Counted from the first letter of the stretch, positions 35,377 to 47,543 are shown. The stretch: DNA of 64,000 nt from Pachysolen tannophilus NRRL Y-2460 (GCA_001661245.1 KV454012.1:216147-280146), one strand, 5' to 3'. Translations and numbers: made by a program. Notes: a model not told the origin generated them from the letters alone.

Positions 35377-36246
35377 TTAACCTAGTAATGCATCAGTCTC
35401 ATTACCAGTATATCCATTTATATCAGTGTTTGCATTTTGAGCAACACTATTACTATTAGCGTTATTTTCATGGACAATTTCGTCCACAGCTTGTCTTTCC
35501 AAATTTTTAAAATTGTATTTATAACCGTAATATAAACACATCACTAGTAAATATCCTTGTAAGCAAGCTGCTGTGAAATAAGGTAACCATGAAGACCAAT
35601 TTGAGCCTGGAGCAAGGTACAAAGTTAATGTCCAAAGAAACCCACCAGGGGTTTGGATCATCATCATATGTAAAGATAAAGTTCCTGGATGTTTTAACTT
35701 GTGAGTTGTATAAATTTGTGGCAAATATTGTAAACCTCCTAATAATGCAGCTGATATCCCACTAAGTTTAGCAAACGGTAACAACAAGTTATTATTAAAA
35801 TATAAAAGGTAAATCACAATGACCACATTAATAGCAAAATACAAAAGGAAAATTATAAAACTATCATAAATTTTCCTATAATCATTCATATCTTGTGATA
35901 GAGAGTCCTTTGTTACTAAAACACATAACACTGGTATCATCAGGTAACCAACAAATTGTACCCCAACTTGTATCAAACTTAGCTGTGAATTCAAACATTG
36001 GAAACTTGTTAAATAATTAACACAACAATACCTCGAATATGAGCTCAACAACCACAAGTTGATCACAGAAGAACATCCACTAGCTGAACCTAAGAGTAAA
36101 AAAATAGATGATAGTCCTTCTGAGCTTTTCCGTTTGATAATTTTTAAATGCTGGGGAAGATAAGATATATATATACCAACAGTTAACCCAACAGATACAA
36201 CAAAATTTATAATCGATGGCGACTCATATATTGAGCAATTATCCAT
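35377..36246 (-). CDS. PQ-loop membrane protein
   Basis: Two PQ motifs (SYLPQH..SSEGLS and QYLPQI..GTLS) in a 7-TM layout, with a C-terminal dileucine ETDALL. Confidence 0.85.
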   Translation of the reverse strand: MDNCSIYESPSIINFVVSVGLTVGIYISYLPQHLKIIKRKSSEGLSSIFLLLGSASGCSSVINLWLLSSYSRYCCVNYLTSFQCLNSQLSLIQVGVQFVGYLMIPVLCVLVTKDSLSQDMNDYRKIYDSFIIFLLYFAINVVIVIYLLYFNNNLLLPFAKLSGISAALLGGLQYLPQIYTTHKLKHPGTLSLHMMMIQTPGGFLWTLTLYLAPGSNWSSWLPYFTAACLQGYLLVMCLYYGYKYNFKNLERQAVDEIVHENNANSNSVAQNANTDINGYTGNETDALLG

Positions 36247-36522
36247 GATATACTAGTAACTGATCTTGATCTTTTATTTCCTACTTCCTAAGACTTGAAA
36301 TATCTATCTCATATACCATTAAATCAATGAATTAAAACTATTGCTTCATAGTAATCTGTATATTAAAACGGTAGTGCGATTTTATTTTTTTAGTAAATTA
36401 CCCCTTCACCTTTAAACTGAACCATTTTTAATTAATATTAAAATTATATTTATATATTAATATTATTGATTTAGCTTTGGATTGGATTGGGTATAATTGA
36501 ATAATTGATCCATCATAGCAGG

Positions 36523-36891
36523 ATGACTAGACCAACCGCGTTTTCCGAGGTGACTAAGTTTTGTAAGTCGCCATCAGAGTTGAGAATTAGAACTTTGAAT
36601 CTTTATAGGAGATATTTAAGACACTCTAGAGATTTTGTTAATAATTACAATTTAGATATTCCGGCTTCTCAAGTTAAGACAAAGATTAGACAGGAATTTG
36701 AAAGACATAGATTTATCAATGATCTTTCTGTGCAGAATGTCTTGTATATGAAGTCACAAATGGAATTTCAGGAGTTGGTTAATTTCTGGAAACAGGAGTG
36801 TCATGTTATGAAGTATTTTGAAACAATTGAAAATTACGATAAGACTCATAATAGTTCTTTTATTGAGAAGTTTATTAAAGGTGCTGACTGA
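36523..36891 (+). CDS. Complex I LYR-motif accessory subunit NB4M/NDUFA6 (LYRM6)
   Basis: LYRRYLR, KIRQEFERHRF..DLSVQNVL, NFWKQ and SSFIEKFIKG; ATG at 36523. Confidence 0.88.
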   Translation: MTRPTAFSEVTKFCKSPSELRIRTLNLYRRYLRHSRDFVNNYNLDIPASQVKTKIRQEFERHRFINDLSVQNVLYMKSQMEFQELVNFWKQECHVMKYFETIENYDKTHNSSFIEKFIKGAD

Positions 36892-36927
36892 TAACAATTG
36901 GTCATTCAATTGTTTATTTATTTATTT

Positions 36928-36958
<31 letters not shown>

Positions 36959-37178
36959 TTCATTTATTCATTATAATGAAAGATTATTTTTTATTTTTAA
37001 TAATTATTTTTGTACAAGGTTCTGAAACCTAATACTGTTCGAACAACTTCTCTGAAAAGTTCAAAAGTTCACATATGAAGCAAATAAGAATTTTTTAAAA
37101 AAAGTATAGAGTATAGTCATTTTTAAAGGCCTAATATATGAGCTTAAAATCAAAATCTATTTTATGGAAAACAAAAAA

Positions 37179-37406
37179 NNNNNNNNNNNNNNNNNNNNNN
37201 NNNNNNNNNNNNNNNNNNNNNNNNNNNNNNNNNNNNNNNNNNNNNNNNNNNNNNNNNNNNNNNNNNNNNNNNNNNNNNNNNNNNNNNNNNNNNNNNNNNN
37301 NNNNNNNNNNNNNNNNNNNNNNNNNNNNNNNNNNNNNNNNNNNNNNNNNNNNNNNNNNNNNNNNNNNNNNNNNNNNNNNNNNNNNNNNNNNNNNNNNNNN
37401 NNNNNN
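37179..37406. other. Assembly gap (N run)
   Basis: N run in the sequence. Confidence 1.
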
Positions 37407-37670
37407 ACTGATCTTGATCTTTTATTTCCTACTTCCTAAGACTTGAAATATCTATCTCATATACCATTAAATCAATGAATTAAAACTATTGCTTCATAGT
37501 AATCTGTATATTAAAACGGTAGTGCGATTTTATTTTTTTAGTAAATTACCCCTTCACCTTTAAACTGAACCATTTTTAATTAATATTAAAATTATATTTA
37601 TATATTAATATTATTGATTTAGCTTTGGATTGGATTGGGTATAATTGAATAATTGATCCATCATAGCAGG

Positions 37671-38040
37671 ATGACTAGACCAACCGCGTTTTCCGAGGTG
37701 ACTAAGTTTTGTAAGTCGCCATCAGAGTTGAGAATTAGAACTTTGAATCTTTATAGGAGATATTTAAGACACTCTAGAGATTTTTGTTAATAATTACAAT
37801 TTAGATATTCCGGCTTCTCAAGTTAAGACAAAGATTAGACAGGAATTTGAAAGACATAGATTTATCAATGATCTTTCTGTGCAGAATGTCTTGTATATGA
37901 AGTCACAAATGGAATTTCAGGAGTTGGTTAATTTCTGGAAACAGGAGTGTCATGTTATGAAGTATTTTGAAACAATTGAAAATTACGATAAGACTCATAA
38001 TAGTTCTTTTATTGAGAAGTTTATTAAAGGTGCTGACTGA
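37671..38040 (+). pseudogene. Frameshifted second copy of NB4M/NDUFA6 (probably an assembly duplicate)
   Basis: T5 instead of T4 gives TAA at 37788-37790. Confidence 0.5.
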
Positions 38041-38076
38041 TAACAATTGGTCATTCAATTGTTTATTTATTTATTT

Positions 38077-38107
<31 letters not shown>

Positions 38108-38320
38108 TTCATTTATTCATTATAATGAAAGATTATTTTTTATTTTTAATAATTATTTTTGTACAAGGTTCTGAAACCTAATACTGTTCGAACAACTTCT
38201 CTGAAAAGTTCAAAAGTTCACATATGAAGCAAATAAGAATTTTTTAAAAAAAGTATAGAGTATAGTCATTTTTAAAGGCCTAATATATGAGCTTAAAATC
38301 AAAATCTATTTTATGGAAAA

Positions 38321-38359
<39 letters not shown>

Positions 38360-38388
38360 ACACACAGCTTTATCTTTTTGTTATTTTA

Positions 38389-41300
38389 TTATTCTTTCAA
38401 AGAAATATCATTTATAAATTTATCCGTAATGTTATTTTTATCGTCAACTAATTTGATAAACCTTATCAATTCAAAACATGAAGGATAATCATTTTTTTCA
38501 AATAAACTTTTCAAAATTTTAAAAATTAAATCTTCATCTTTTTTACTGATTATCTTCCCCAGATTATTATTATTTTTATTTTGATTATTTTTAGAATGAT
38601 TTTCTTCTTCTTTCTCGTAATTCATTGCAAGAATCAAATAATGAGAACTTAGCTTATAGTCATTAGATGGTAATATCTTATTCATCAATATGTTTCTAGG
38701 CAGTTCTTGTAAATTCTTAAAAAATTTGAACCAATACTTGACTTCAATTTTTTTTAAAAAACTTAAAAAGAGAATATATTCTCCATTGGTAGTATTATTA
38801 CATGATATCCTAATCAAGTTTATTAACTTGTTAAAATAATTCAAATCATGGTCATCATCTTGTTCATTTTTCAAATAATTTAACATGAGCAACTCTAAGG
38901 AAAATTGGTAATTTTTAAATCTATGAAATTTTTCAAAAATTTCTTCTTCTTTAAATGATTTAAAAGCAGCTTGACTACCTATTTTTAAATAATAATCAAT
39001 CAAATTGTTTAAAAAATTCTTCTTTACAGCTAAATTCTTAAAATTAAACCAATTCTCTTTTTTCAAATTTTCATCTGAATTGTTCTTTCCACAATTTAAA
39101 ACTTTTAAATCGATTTCTAACCCAATTATTAAATTTTTTTCCAAAATTGTTAAAAGAGGATAAAAATTTGAATGATTATGTTGAATAACAGTTGAAATAG
39201 ACAAATGTTCTTTATAAAAATTCTTTTTATCGTTCTTATTTGATTCATGATTACTGTTATTGTCAACAGAATTTGTGCTTCCATTGGTGCTATCTGAAAC
39301 GCTCAATTTTGATAAAGCTTCACTCATTATAACTTCTTCTCTCTTATATTCTTCATCAGTAAACATTCCAAAAGTGTTATCATCATTGATATTAACAATT
39401 AATGGTTTGACTTTGAACAAATTAAAGCCTGTAGCTGATCTTCTCAATAAAATATTCAAATCGTAGAATATCATATTGATACCATTAAACAGAGATATTG
39501 AAGTCGAATTTATTTTATGCAAGTATTCGATACCTTGTAATAACAATATTCTTTCAAATTTGATGGAAGGTCTAGTATTAGCTCGCTTTGGGGGTTTTGG
39601 TGATTTGACTTCAAGAAAGTCTTTCATCGATGGTGACAGAAGCGATTGTTTAGAGTTACTGCGAATTAATCTAGGTGATTTGGCACCGCTGTTCAATGAA
39701 CTTAACGACGTTGACGATCGATTGTTAATATTATGCACCAAGTCAACAGTTGAAGTACTAACAGAGGATGCCAAGTCTTCCTCTTCTTCAATGGATTCTC
39801 TAAGATAAATAACATCACCATTAACTAAGATTAATAAATCATTTTCATTTATTTTATTTATCGATTTTATTGATTTAGGATCAAACTTTGGCTGTTGCTT
39901 TTTAGAAATTGGATTAAAAATTTTTTTCAAAGATAACACCCTTTCACATTTTAAAGCTAATTTCAGTTTTTCAGATCTAGTGGTATGACTAAGACCTTGG
40001 CCATGTTTCTTATCAGTTTGTTTTGAAATCTTAAACAAATAACAATTTAATTCTGTGGTCAACACAACTAATTCATCATTATCTATATTAAAATATAAAA
40101 AATCTTCTTTCGGTTTTGAACGTGGTCTTGGTTCATTAGTTTTTTTATTTATAAATTCTTGGTTATTAAAACCAAAACTCCAAATCACTAAATCTGTATT
40201 AAATTCTGTATCCTCATTCCAAATTAAATTTGAAAATAATAAAAGTTCTGTAGTTGGTTTTAAATTTTCTTCTTCTAAATTATCATTATCATCCTGATTT
40301 ATATCACCAAAAGTAGAATTTTCATCTGCTTTAATTGCTAAAATTAAATGATTTTGATACCATAATGAATCTATTATATTATTTGATGAAATTTCTTGAA
40401 ATTCTCCCACAATTGGATTTGTAGTATAATAATCATTAATTAAAAATTTCCAATTTTTCGAAAAACTATTATAAATAATTAAATCTTTATTACCAATACA
40501 ACAAAGATAATTTCCATCCAGTGAAGCAGTTAAAGAAACGATTCTATTATTTTTCAATTTAAAAGTTGTAGGTAATGAGATATGATACCATAATTCATTT
40601 TCTTTATTGTTAACTACTTCTGAAGAAGAATTATAATCGATTAATGGTTTTTCATAACCTCTAAAAACTGAAATATTATCATTATTATATAAAATTGGTC
40701 TTTTCAAAGTTAATGAATTTTGATGCAATATTGAATTTAATTTAACTAAATTAAATAAAAAAATTTTTTTATGATTTATGAAAATTAATTCATTATTATT
40801 TGAAAAATTACAATTTATTAATGAATTAAACCAATTTTTATCTTTAAATATTAATTTTGAATGATCTTCTTCTAAATAATCATATGTTGAAAAATTTAAA
40901 TTTCCAAAACAAGAATAAATATTCCATCCATTATCAAATAATAAAATTGTTGAAGTACCACATGGTGATACTTTAATTGTTAATATATGATTTGATCTAA
41001 TATTTATCAATTTTTTAATTATTTTAATCAAATGAATTGAAGTTCTACTAGTATCTTTAAATTTATTAACCAATAAATCACAAGTATCAGTCACTAAAGT
41101 TATTAGATTGAAATTATTATTAATTGCAAATTTATTAATTTTAGGTGAATCTTCATCATTACTTTCATATATGCAATTTCCAGAAAATTTTGTAATAGCA
41201 TTATTATTTTGTGGTAAAACTTTTACACACCAAACATTTCCCTTTTCATTAACCCAATATAAATTTTCAGATTCAGTATTATATTCAATATATTTTACTT

Positions 41301-42015
41301 GAGATCTATCTTTTTTATACCAATCCAATTCATCTATTAAAGTAACTTCAATATTACTACCATTATGTTTATCACCAATATGAATCAATTGTAAAGCATT
41401 TGGTTCTTTTGTTATTAATAATAATTGTTTCCTTTGTAAAGGAATAAAATCAAGTAAATCACTTTGAATTTTTAAAACAATTTTATATCTTAACCCAAAA
41501 TCATAATTTGGAAATTCTAATTCATTTTTCAGAAATAAATTTGTTAAAAAACTTTTAAAATTTTGTTCATTTGAATTTTGTAAAGGAAATCCATTTTGTA
41601 AAATCTTACTAGAATTTTGATCTTTTGAATATATAGTCAATACTTCTTCTAAAGAATTAGTATTAGAATTCTCATTTAAATCAAAAATTGTATAAATCAT
41701 TAAAAAATTTTTAGAAGTTTGAACAATAAAATTAAATCCACTAGTAGATCTTTTAATCTTAATATTTTCACCATAACTTGCAAGTGATTCATCCGATCTC
41801 AAATGAACACCAATTACAGAATTCGTCTTTGCATTTATTAAATAAATTCCCTTCTTAGTAATAACAGCATAAGGTAAATTTTTAATATTTAAAATTAAAT
41901 CAAGTACTTCATAATCATTATCATCATATTGATCCTCTTTTCGTTCAGAATCAGTCAGCGGCGGTAAATTTTTTGGTAACCCAAATATATGAGGAGAAGA
42001 TGAAGGCCAAATCAT
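38389..42015 (-). CDS. RIC1: Ric1-like Ypt6/Rab6 GEF subunit
   Basis: MIWP start, RS.ESL..YGEN, beta-propeller region, C-terminal F..SLE.L, KKIEVKYW.KFF and CFELIRF. Confidence 0.75.
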   Translation of the reverse strand: MIWPSSSPHIFGLPKNLPPLTDSERKEDQYDDNDYEVLDLILNIKNLPYAVITKKGIYLINAKTNSVIGVHLRSDESLASYGENIKIKRSTSGFNFIVQTSKNFLMIYTIFDLNENSNTNSLEEVLTIYSKDQNSSKILQNGFPLQNSNEQNFKSFLTNLFLKNELEFPNYDFGLRYKIVLKIQSDLLDFIPLQRKQLLLITKEPNALQLIHIGDKHNGSNIEVTLIDELDWYKKDRSQVKYIEYNTESENLYWVNEKGNVWCVKVLPQNNNAITKFSGNCIYESNDEDSPKINKFAINNNFNLITLVTDTCDLLVNKFKDTSRTSIHLIKIIKKLINIRSNHILTIKVSPCGTSTILLFDNGWNIYSCFGNLNFSTYDYLEEDHSKLIFKDKNWFNSLINCNFSNNNELIFINHKKIFLFNLVKLNSILHQNSLTLKRPILYNNDNISVFRGYEKPLIDYNSSSEVVNNKENELWYHISLPTTFKLKNNRIVSLTASLDGNYLCCIGNKDLIIYNSFSKNWKFLINDYYTTNPIVGEFQEISSNNIIDSLWYQNHLILAIKADENSTFGDINQDDNDNLEEENLKPTTELLLFSNLIWNEDTEFNTDLVIWSFGFNNQEFINKKTNEPRPRSKPKEDFLYFNIDNDELVVLTTELNCYLFKISKQTDKKHGQGLSHTTRSEKLKLALKCERVLSLKKIFNPISKKQQPKFDPKSIKSINKINENDLLILVNGDVIYLRESIEEEEDLASSVSTSTVDLVHNINNRSSTSLSSLNSGAKSPRLIRSNSKQSLLSPSMKDFLEVKSPKPPKRANTRPSIKFERILLLQGIEYLHKINSTSISLFNGINMIFYDLNILLRRSATGFNLFKVKPLIVNINDDNTFGMFTDEEYKREEVIMSEALSKLSVSDSTNGSTNSVDNNSNHESNKNDKKNFYKEHLSISTVIQHNHSNFYPLLTILEKNLIIGLEIDLKVLNCGKNNSDENLKKENWFNFKNLAVKKNFLNNLIDYYLKIGSQAAFKSFKEEEIFEKFHRFKNYQFSLELLMLNYLKNEQDDDHDLNYFNKLINLIRISCNNTTNGEYILFLSFLKKIEVKYWFKFFKNLQELPRNILMNKILPSNDYKLSSHYLILAMNYEKEEENHSKNNQNKNNNNLGKIISKKDEDLIFKILKSLFEKNDYPSCFELIRFIKLVDDKNNITDKFINDISLKE

Positions 42016-42364
42016 TTACTTTATTATACCCATAAAACTAATTATATCAATTGGCGCTTACAATTCTAATTTATTAAAACATTACCTACTTGAATTTATT
42101 ATATAACATTTAATTTTTTTTTATTTAGCCTACGTTTTACTTTCTTTGTTTTACCTCGTTTTACCTTTTACGACAAGAAAAAACAAAAAAAACAAAAAAA
42201 CAAAAATAAGTCTTATAATATTATATAATAATTATATACATTTTTACACTAACATTAAGAGTGGCTTATTTCCATCAAATATTAAATCCGTTTTCTTGGT
42301 GTTCATTATAACACCATACACACTTTCATAAGGAGAAAAGTCAACCAAGACTAACATCTCTAAA

Positions 42365-42435
42365 GCGCAAATGGTTTAGTGGTAAAATCCAACGTTGCCA
42401 TCGTTGGGCCCCCGGTTCGATTCCGGGTTTGCGCA
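42365..42435 (+). tRNA. tRNA-Gly(GCC)
   Basis: GCGCAAA/TTTGCGC acceptor stem, anticodon loop TTGCCAT, GGTTCGATTCC T-arm and a downstream poly-T terminator. Confidence 0.96.
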
Positions 42436-42716
42436 ATTTTTTTTTAATTGATTTGATTTTTTGTTTCTTGTTTAAATTTTGGCTCAATTTGCCCTAAAGA
42501 TATAATATAATATAAAATAAAATAATATCTCTAAATAACACATGCTTATCGTTAAATATTAAATCATAATTAAATACAAATATACAACCAGTACTTTATC
42601 GCTATAGATTATATATTCATTATTCAGCGCTTATTAACTAGTTTAATTCTTTTACTGTTGTTGGAACTTTTTGCATCTTTTATTTGTTTTGCTTTTTTCT
42701 CTTGAGACCCTAAAAA

Positions 42717-44360
42717 ATGGGAGATCGGTTAGTTGATGATGAAGGTCATCATCAAGGATGTGATCAGCGCTTGCCGTCCTCGAACAAGAATGGGAAGAGG
42801 AAGCGGTGGTTTTATACATATACAATATTCCAGATAATTATCAGTGTTACAGTGTTGTCGGTGATAGTTAACTATTATATATTTAAAAATAAGATTTCGA
42901 GAAAGGATTTATTGCCGCCGTTAGAAAATAATGAAGATATAGAAAATGTACAAACAGAACATGGATCAGGACCAACGGGTTGGGATTCGTTCCAGATAAG
43001 ACATATCTATCACCATGGAGCAGGTGAAAATTATAGGATTCATCGTCGTTTGGATATAACTCCTAGTTTTATTGAAAGTCAGATGAATGTTAAATCATTA
43101 GAAAATATAGTGGGAAATTGGCCACAGAGTTTCATGCAAAGTGATGAGTTACCTTGGACAAAAAAATTAAATGCAAAGAAAATAATCAACCAACCTGTAA
43201 GAAGGCTTAAAGAACGTGATCCAGATTTTATTGAATCATACCTTGATTATGCTTTGAAAGCTGGATCTGAAGAAGCATCAAAGATACATTTGGATTGGTC
43301 AGATGATCTTATTTCTCTTCCAAATATCACTGATAAAGAAAGTGTCGCTAACTTGCTGTTGATGTGCTCAAATGCTTATGTGGAGATTCCAGGAACAGGT
43401 GATTGGCAAGATGTTGGGGATACTTGGAATGAAACAGAAGGAATAGGTTGGGAAACTGATGGTATTAGAGGTCACGTGTTTGTCAATGATGATAATTCAA
43501 CTATAATTATAGCAATAAAAGGTACAAGTGCACAATATCTTAATATTGATGGCTCTTCAGATACTGTAAATAATGATAAGATTAACGATAATTTATTATT
43601 TTCCTGTTGTTGTGCTAGAGTATCTTATATGTGGGCTACAGTCTGTGACTGTTATCAATCTTCTTATACTTGTGATCAAAGATGTTTGGAAAAAGAAATG
43701 AATAGAGAAGATAGGTATTATAAGTCGGCATTACATATCTATAAGAATGTTACAAATCATTATCCAAATGCAAAAAATATTTGGTTAACTGGTCATTCTT
43801 TAGGGGGAGCATTAGCAAGTTTACTGGGGAGAACATTTGGTCAACCCGTTGTAACTTTTGAAGCAGTACCAGAATTATTAGCTACAAGAAGATTACATTT
43901 ACCTGTTCCTCCAGGTTTACCATCACACTTTGAACACATTTGGCATTTCGGTCATACTGCAGATCCTATTTATATGGGTGTTTGTAATGGTGCCTCATCA
44001 ACATGTTCTTTAGCTGGATATGCATTAGAAACTCAATGCCATAGTGGTAAACAATGCGTTTACGACGTGGTCTCAGATTATGGTTGGAGAGTGAACATGA
44101 TACATCATAGAATTCACACCGTTGTGGATGATGTTATATTAGCATATAATGAAACTGCACCATGTGTAATTCCGCCACCATGTCATGATTGTTTTGATTG
44201 GAAATACACTGCAGGAGATGACAAGTCTCAAAAAACGTCTACTGCTCCATTTACAAAGACTACAACTGTAGCAACTTCAACTTCCACGATTCCAAGTGGT
44301 GATCATTGCATTAGACGAAATTGGTACGGAAAATGCCTTGAATACGACGATCAAGATTAG
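42717..44360 (+). CDS. ATG15: Vacuolar autophagy lipase Atg15
   Basis: N-terminal TM segment, SNAY, AIKGTS, NDNLLFSCCCARVS, GHSLGG nucleophile motif and HFGHTADP. Confidence 0.94.
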   Translation: MGDRLVDDEGHHQGCDQRLPSSNKNGKRKRWFYTYTIFQIIISVTVLSVIVNYYIFKNKISRKDLLPPLENNEDIENVQTEHGSGPTGWDSFQIRHIYHHGAGENYRIHRRLDITPSFIESQMNVKSLENIVGNWPQSFMQSDELPWTKKLNAKKIINQPVRRLKERDPDFIESYLDYALKAGSEEASKIHLDWSDDLISLPNITDKESVANLLLMCSNAYVEIPGTGDWQDVGDTWNETEGIGWETDGIRGHVFVNDDNSTIIIAIKGTSAQYLNIDGSSDTVNNDKINDNLLFSCCCARVSYMWATVCDCYQSSYTCDQRCLEKEMNREDRYYKSALHIYKNVTNHYPNAKNIWLTGHSLGGALASLLGRTFGQPVVTFEAVPELLATRRLHLPVPPGLPSHFEHIWHFGHTADPIYMGVCNGASSTCSLAGYALETQCHSGKQCVYDVVSDYGWRVNMIHHRIHTVVDDVILAYNETAPCVIPPPCHDCFDWKYTAGDDKSQKTSTAPFTKTTTVATSTSTIPSGDHCIRRNWYGKCLEYDDQD

Positions 44361-44665
44361 TTTTCGTCATATGAATTAACGAATTTGTTTCTCATTTTAT
44401 TTAAAAAAAATTTTTTTTTTTTTTCCTTATCAATTTTATCATTTGGTACGATAAAGTCATTTTTTACTTTCAATTCTTTAATAATTTTATGAGAGTTAAA
44501 ACTCTTATAAAAATTACTTTTACTGTTCATTTAAATATATATATATATACCCTTAAATATAGGTTAGATCACAAATTTATCATTATCATTTGGCTGTAAG
44601 GTATAATATATACAATATAAAAAAAAAATAAAATAAAATTTTTGTTTCAAGGATCAAATGTCAAA

Positions 44666-45697
44666 TCACCATAACTCTTCAATGACAACATTTCCATCTT
44701 TTTCTTCATAAAACAACTTTGCCAGTGTGATCTTTATGGTTTGATTATGATAAAATTCAATAACTGCATTAAAATCAACGGCACCTTCTTTTATAGATTT
44801 ATTATAATTACTTGCTATTGGAATTCTACCTTCTGTTATTATCGAATAATCTCTTAAACCCGCCTTGTTTTCATTCATTAATTGTATATGGAAATCACCT
44901 GGGTTTTCATTTATTCCTATTGGATCCAAAATATCATTAAATTTCTCCTTTATTGGAACTTCTCTTCTTATCCAATTTATTGAAGGTTTATTATCTTTAA
45001 AAGATATATTAATTCCACTAAATATAAAATTTTCAAATTGTAAAAATACTTTAAATTTATCACAATGATGAACAATTAAAGGTAATCCAAATTTTTCTTT
45101 AACTTTTTGGTTTGATGATATTTTTTCAATAATTTTTAATTCTGTATGTTCTTGTAATTTATTTAAATCAATTCCATAATTATTTTCAGAATCAATTTCA
45201 AGTCTTTTACTAATATATAAAGGTATAAAAGAATCTTCACATTTTACTAAAGACTGATAAGCAACATAACATGCTATAGTAATGAAAAAGGGTAAAATGA
45301 AAATCCCTATCTTTGTAAAATTTGAAAATTTTGATTCTTCTCTTTTAATGTTATTAGTAGCAATAGCATTCTCTATTGTCTCCTTAAGAAGCTTCCTCCT
45401 ATTCTTCTCAATTTCAGAAGCCAATGACAAGTGATCATCTTTTTTAGAATTTTCCGAACTATTATAACGAAAACTAGAACCTTGTTTATACAATGATTTC
45501 AATTTTTGGATTAACCTAAATTTCTGTGGCCTCTTATTATAATATATATTCCCATAATTGCAATTACCAAAAAATCTTTTATTAATCAAAACTTCAGAAA
45601 ATCTATAGACACAATTACTGCTTCGTGAACCAACACCAACACCAATTAAATGATAAAATTGTCTAGCACTTCCATTTATTACTATCATCTTCTTCAT
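44666..45697 (-). CDS. Uncharacterised single-TM, probably mitochondrial protein
   Basis: 343-aa ORF with an Arg/Lys-rich N-terminus and one hydrophobic segment (IGIFILPFFITIACYVAY). Confidence 0.55.
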   Translation of the reverse strand: MKKMIVINGSARQFYHLIGVGVGSRSSNCVYRFSEVLINKRFFGNCNYGNIYYNKRPQKFRLIQKLKSLYKQGSSFRYNSSENSKKDDHLSLASEIEKNRRKLLKETIENAIATNNIKREESKFSNFTKIGIFILPFFITIACYVAYQSLVKCEDSFIPLYISKRLEIDSENNYGIDLNKLQEHTELKIIEKISSNQKVKEKFGLPLIVHHCDKFKVFLQFENFIFSGINISFKDNKPSINWIRREVPIKEKFNDILDPIGINENPGDFHIQLMNENKAGLRDYSIITEGRIPIASNYNKSIKEGAVDFNAVIEFYHNQTIKITLAKLFYEEKDGNVVIEELW

Positions 45698-45955
45698 AAT
45701 TGGACTATATTACACCTTTTACCTTTATCTACTACATAATAAGATCCGTCTCCATATATATCTATTATATCTTCTATAACAAAATTTCGAAAAAAGAATT
45801 GATACACTACACACGAAGAAAATAGTACACCAAAAGTTCAATTTAACCAATTAACTGTTGGAATATATATATCTATAAAAAAATAGCAGAGTAGAGCAAT
45901 CCAGACAATGAGTAATGTACATAAATGTTGGAAAATTGAAAGTTCTGTTTGTTTT

Positions 45956-47052
45956 TCAAACTTTTGGAAGTTTGGATGGATCCCAGTCATCGTCTTCATC
46001 GGCCCATGAGACTCCAGCAGTCTGGAAAGTTTGAAGCATCTCTTCAAATTCTTTCAGTTCCTTCAGTTCTTGTGCTTCTGCCTGTTCCCTTGTGAGATTC
46101 TTATTTTTGAATTGCCCTGATTTACCTTTGGCCAAGGCCTTGGACTTGGCACGAGCTTGTGCATATTCGAGTGTTGGTTTCCCCTTATTCCATTTAAGAT
46201 TTGGATCATTGAGTTTATTCTTTCTGTATGATTCTTTTTGTAAATCTTTTTTCTCACTTATGAGTTCTCTGGGTTTTGGCTTGGATATCAATCCTAATCT
46301 AGCTGCAAAATCTTGAGCTTCTACAGATAGCTCCGATATATCTTTTCTATCTTCTTCTTCTTCTTCTTCCTCTTCTTCAGAATTTTCAGAATTTTCAGAA
46401 TTTTCACTCTCTTCCACTACTTCTTCATAAATGTCATCCTCAGAACCAGATTCTTCATGTTTATCAGTAGGAGCAACATGAATGCCTAACCTTGATGCAA
46501 AACTTTTAGCAGCTTCTGTCATTTCAGGTTTTTCATTTTCATTTTCACTTTCATCTTCAATTTGATCATCGTAATCGCTAGTATCGTGTTTTAAACTTTT
46601 ACGAGAATTATCTTCTTGAAATTTACCTCTTATATGAGGTTTCCTCTCATTATTGTGAAATTTTTTATCCTGTTGAATTTTCATACTTCTTGGACCTTTA
46701 GGAATTGACTTTTTCGGTGAAGAATTAATAGATGAAGTTGGTGTTGGGATTGTTTCCTTTTCCTTTGTTTTTGTTGTAACTGTTGCCCATTTGGATTCTA
46801 GCAGTTTATTCGGTGGTATTGGAGAAACTGATGAAGAAACCGTAGTAGAAGTCATCGATACAGGTGAAACCAGATTAAGAGGTTCTTCATTTTTACTCTT
46901 TGAATGACGATCACGATCTTGTTCAACTGCTTTTTTAACTAAACTATCATCAGTTGCCCATTTAGAAATTAAACCAGACTAATGTCAAAAATTTTTGGTA
47001 AATATTAGTACCGTAATCTTAAATTTTTAATAATTTTAAAATAACTTACCAT
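45956..47052 (-). CDS. Charged low-complexity protein, possibly Gfd1-like; exon 1 is ATG only (47052-47050), intron 47049-46979, exon 2 46978-45956
   Basis: ATG|GTAAGT..TACTAAT..TAG|TCT is in frame with the long ORF, giving MSGLISKWATDD...; C-terminal SWADEDD. Confidence 0.6.
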
Positions 47053-47543
47053 ATTTGTGATACTACTAAACAGTCAACCTTGAAATCGTTCTTGATCAGA
47101 TTAGATGTATAAAAAAAATAGCAAATATTATTAAAAGCAAAAGCAAAATCAAAAGCAAGTAAATAGAAAAAAGTATAATAAAATATAGCTAATAATAAAT
47201 AAAAATACTTAATTATATTAATTAAGGTATTTATTATTTAATCTTAATTCTTTATGTCCTCATCTCTCTTTTTTTTTTCTAAAAAAAATTTTAATTTTTT
47301 AATTTTTTTTTATCTTTACCTGCCGCTAGATAACAGAAGAAAAAAAGAAAATGTTAAGTGATTCAAAAAAACTACAAGTTTTTTTAAAAGAAAACAAAGA
47401 AAATTAGGGTATTGGTTTCTAGAGTTTTTATTAGTTAGTTGTAAATGAATTGAATAGTACCATAGATTTTGATATAGTAAAGATAAAAATAATATTATTT
47501 TATAATAATAAAATAATTAAAAAAAAATTAAAAAAAGTAAATT

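Larger units (their letters stand above)
36259..38327 (+). repeat. Direct ~920-bp duplication (36259-37178 and 37407-38327) flanking an N gap
   Basis: The copies appear identical except for one extra T (37781-37785) in the second. Confidence 0.95.

Noticed and set aside
26222..44360. Apparent vacuole/autophagy cluster (APE1 x2, PQ-loop, RIC1, ATG15)
   Set aside because: Interspersed with unrelated housekeeping genes and no shared motif seen; chance is sufficient.
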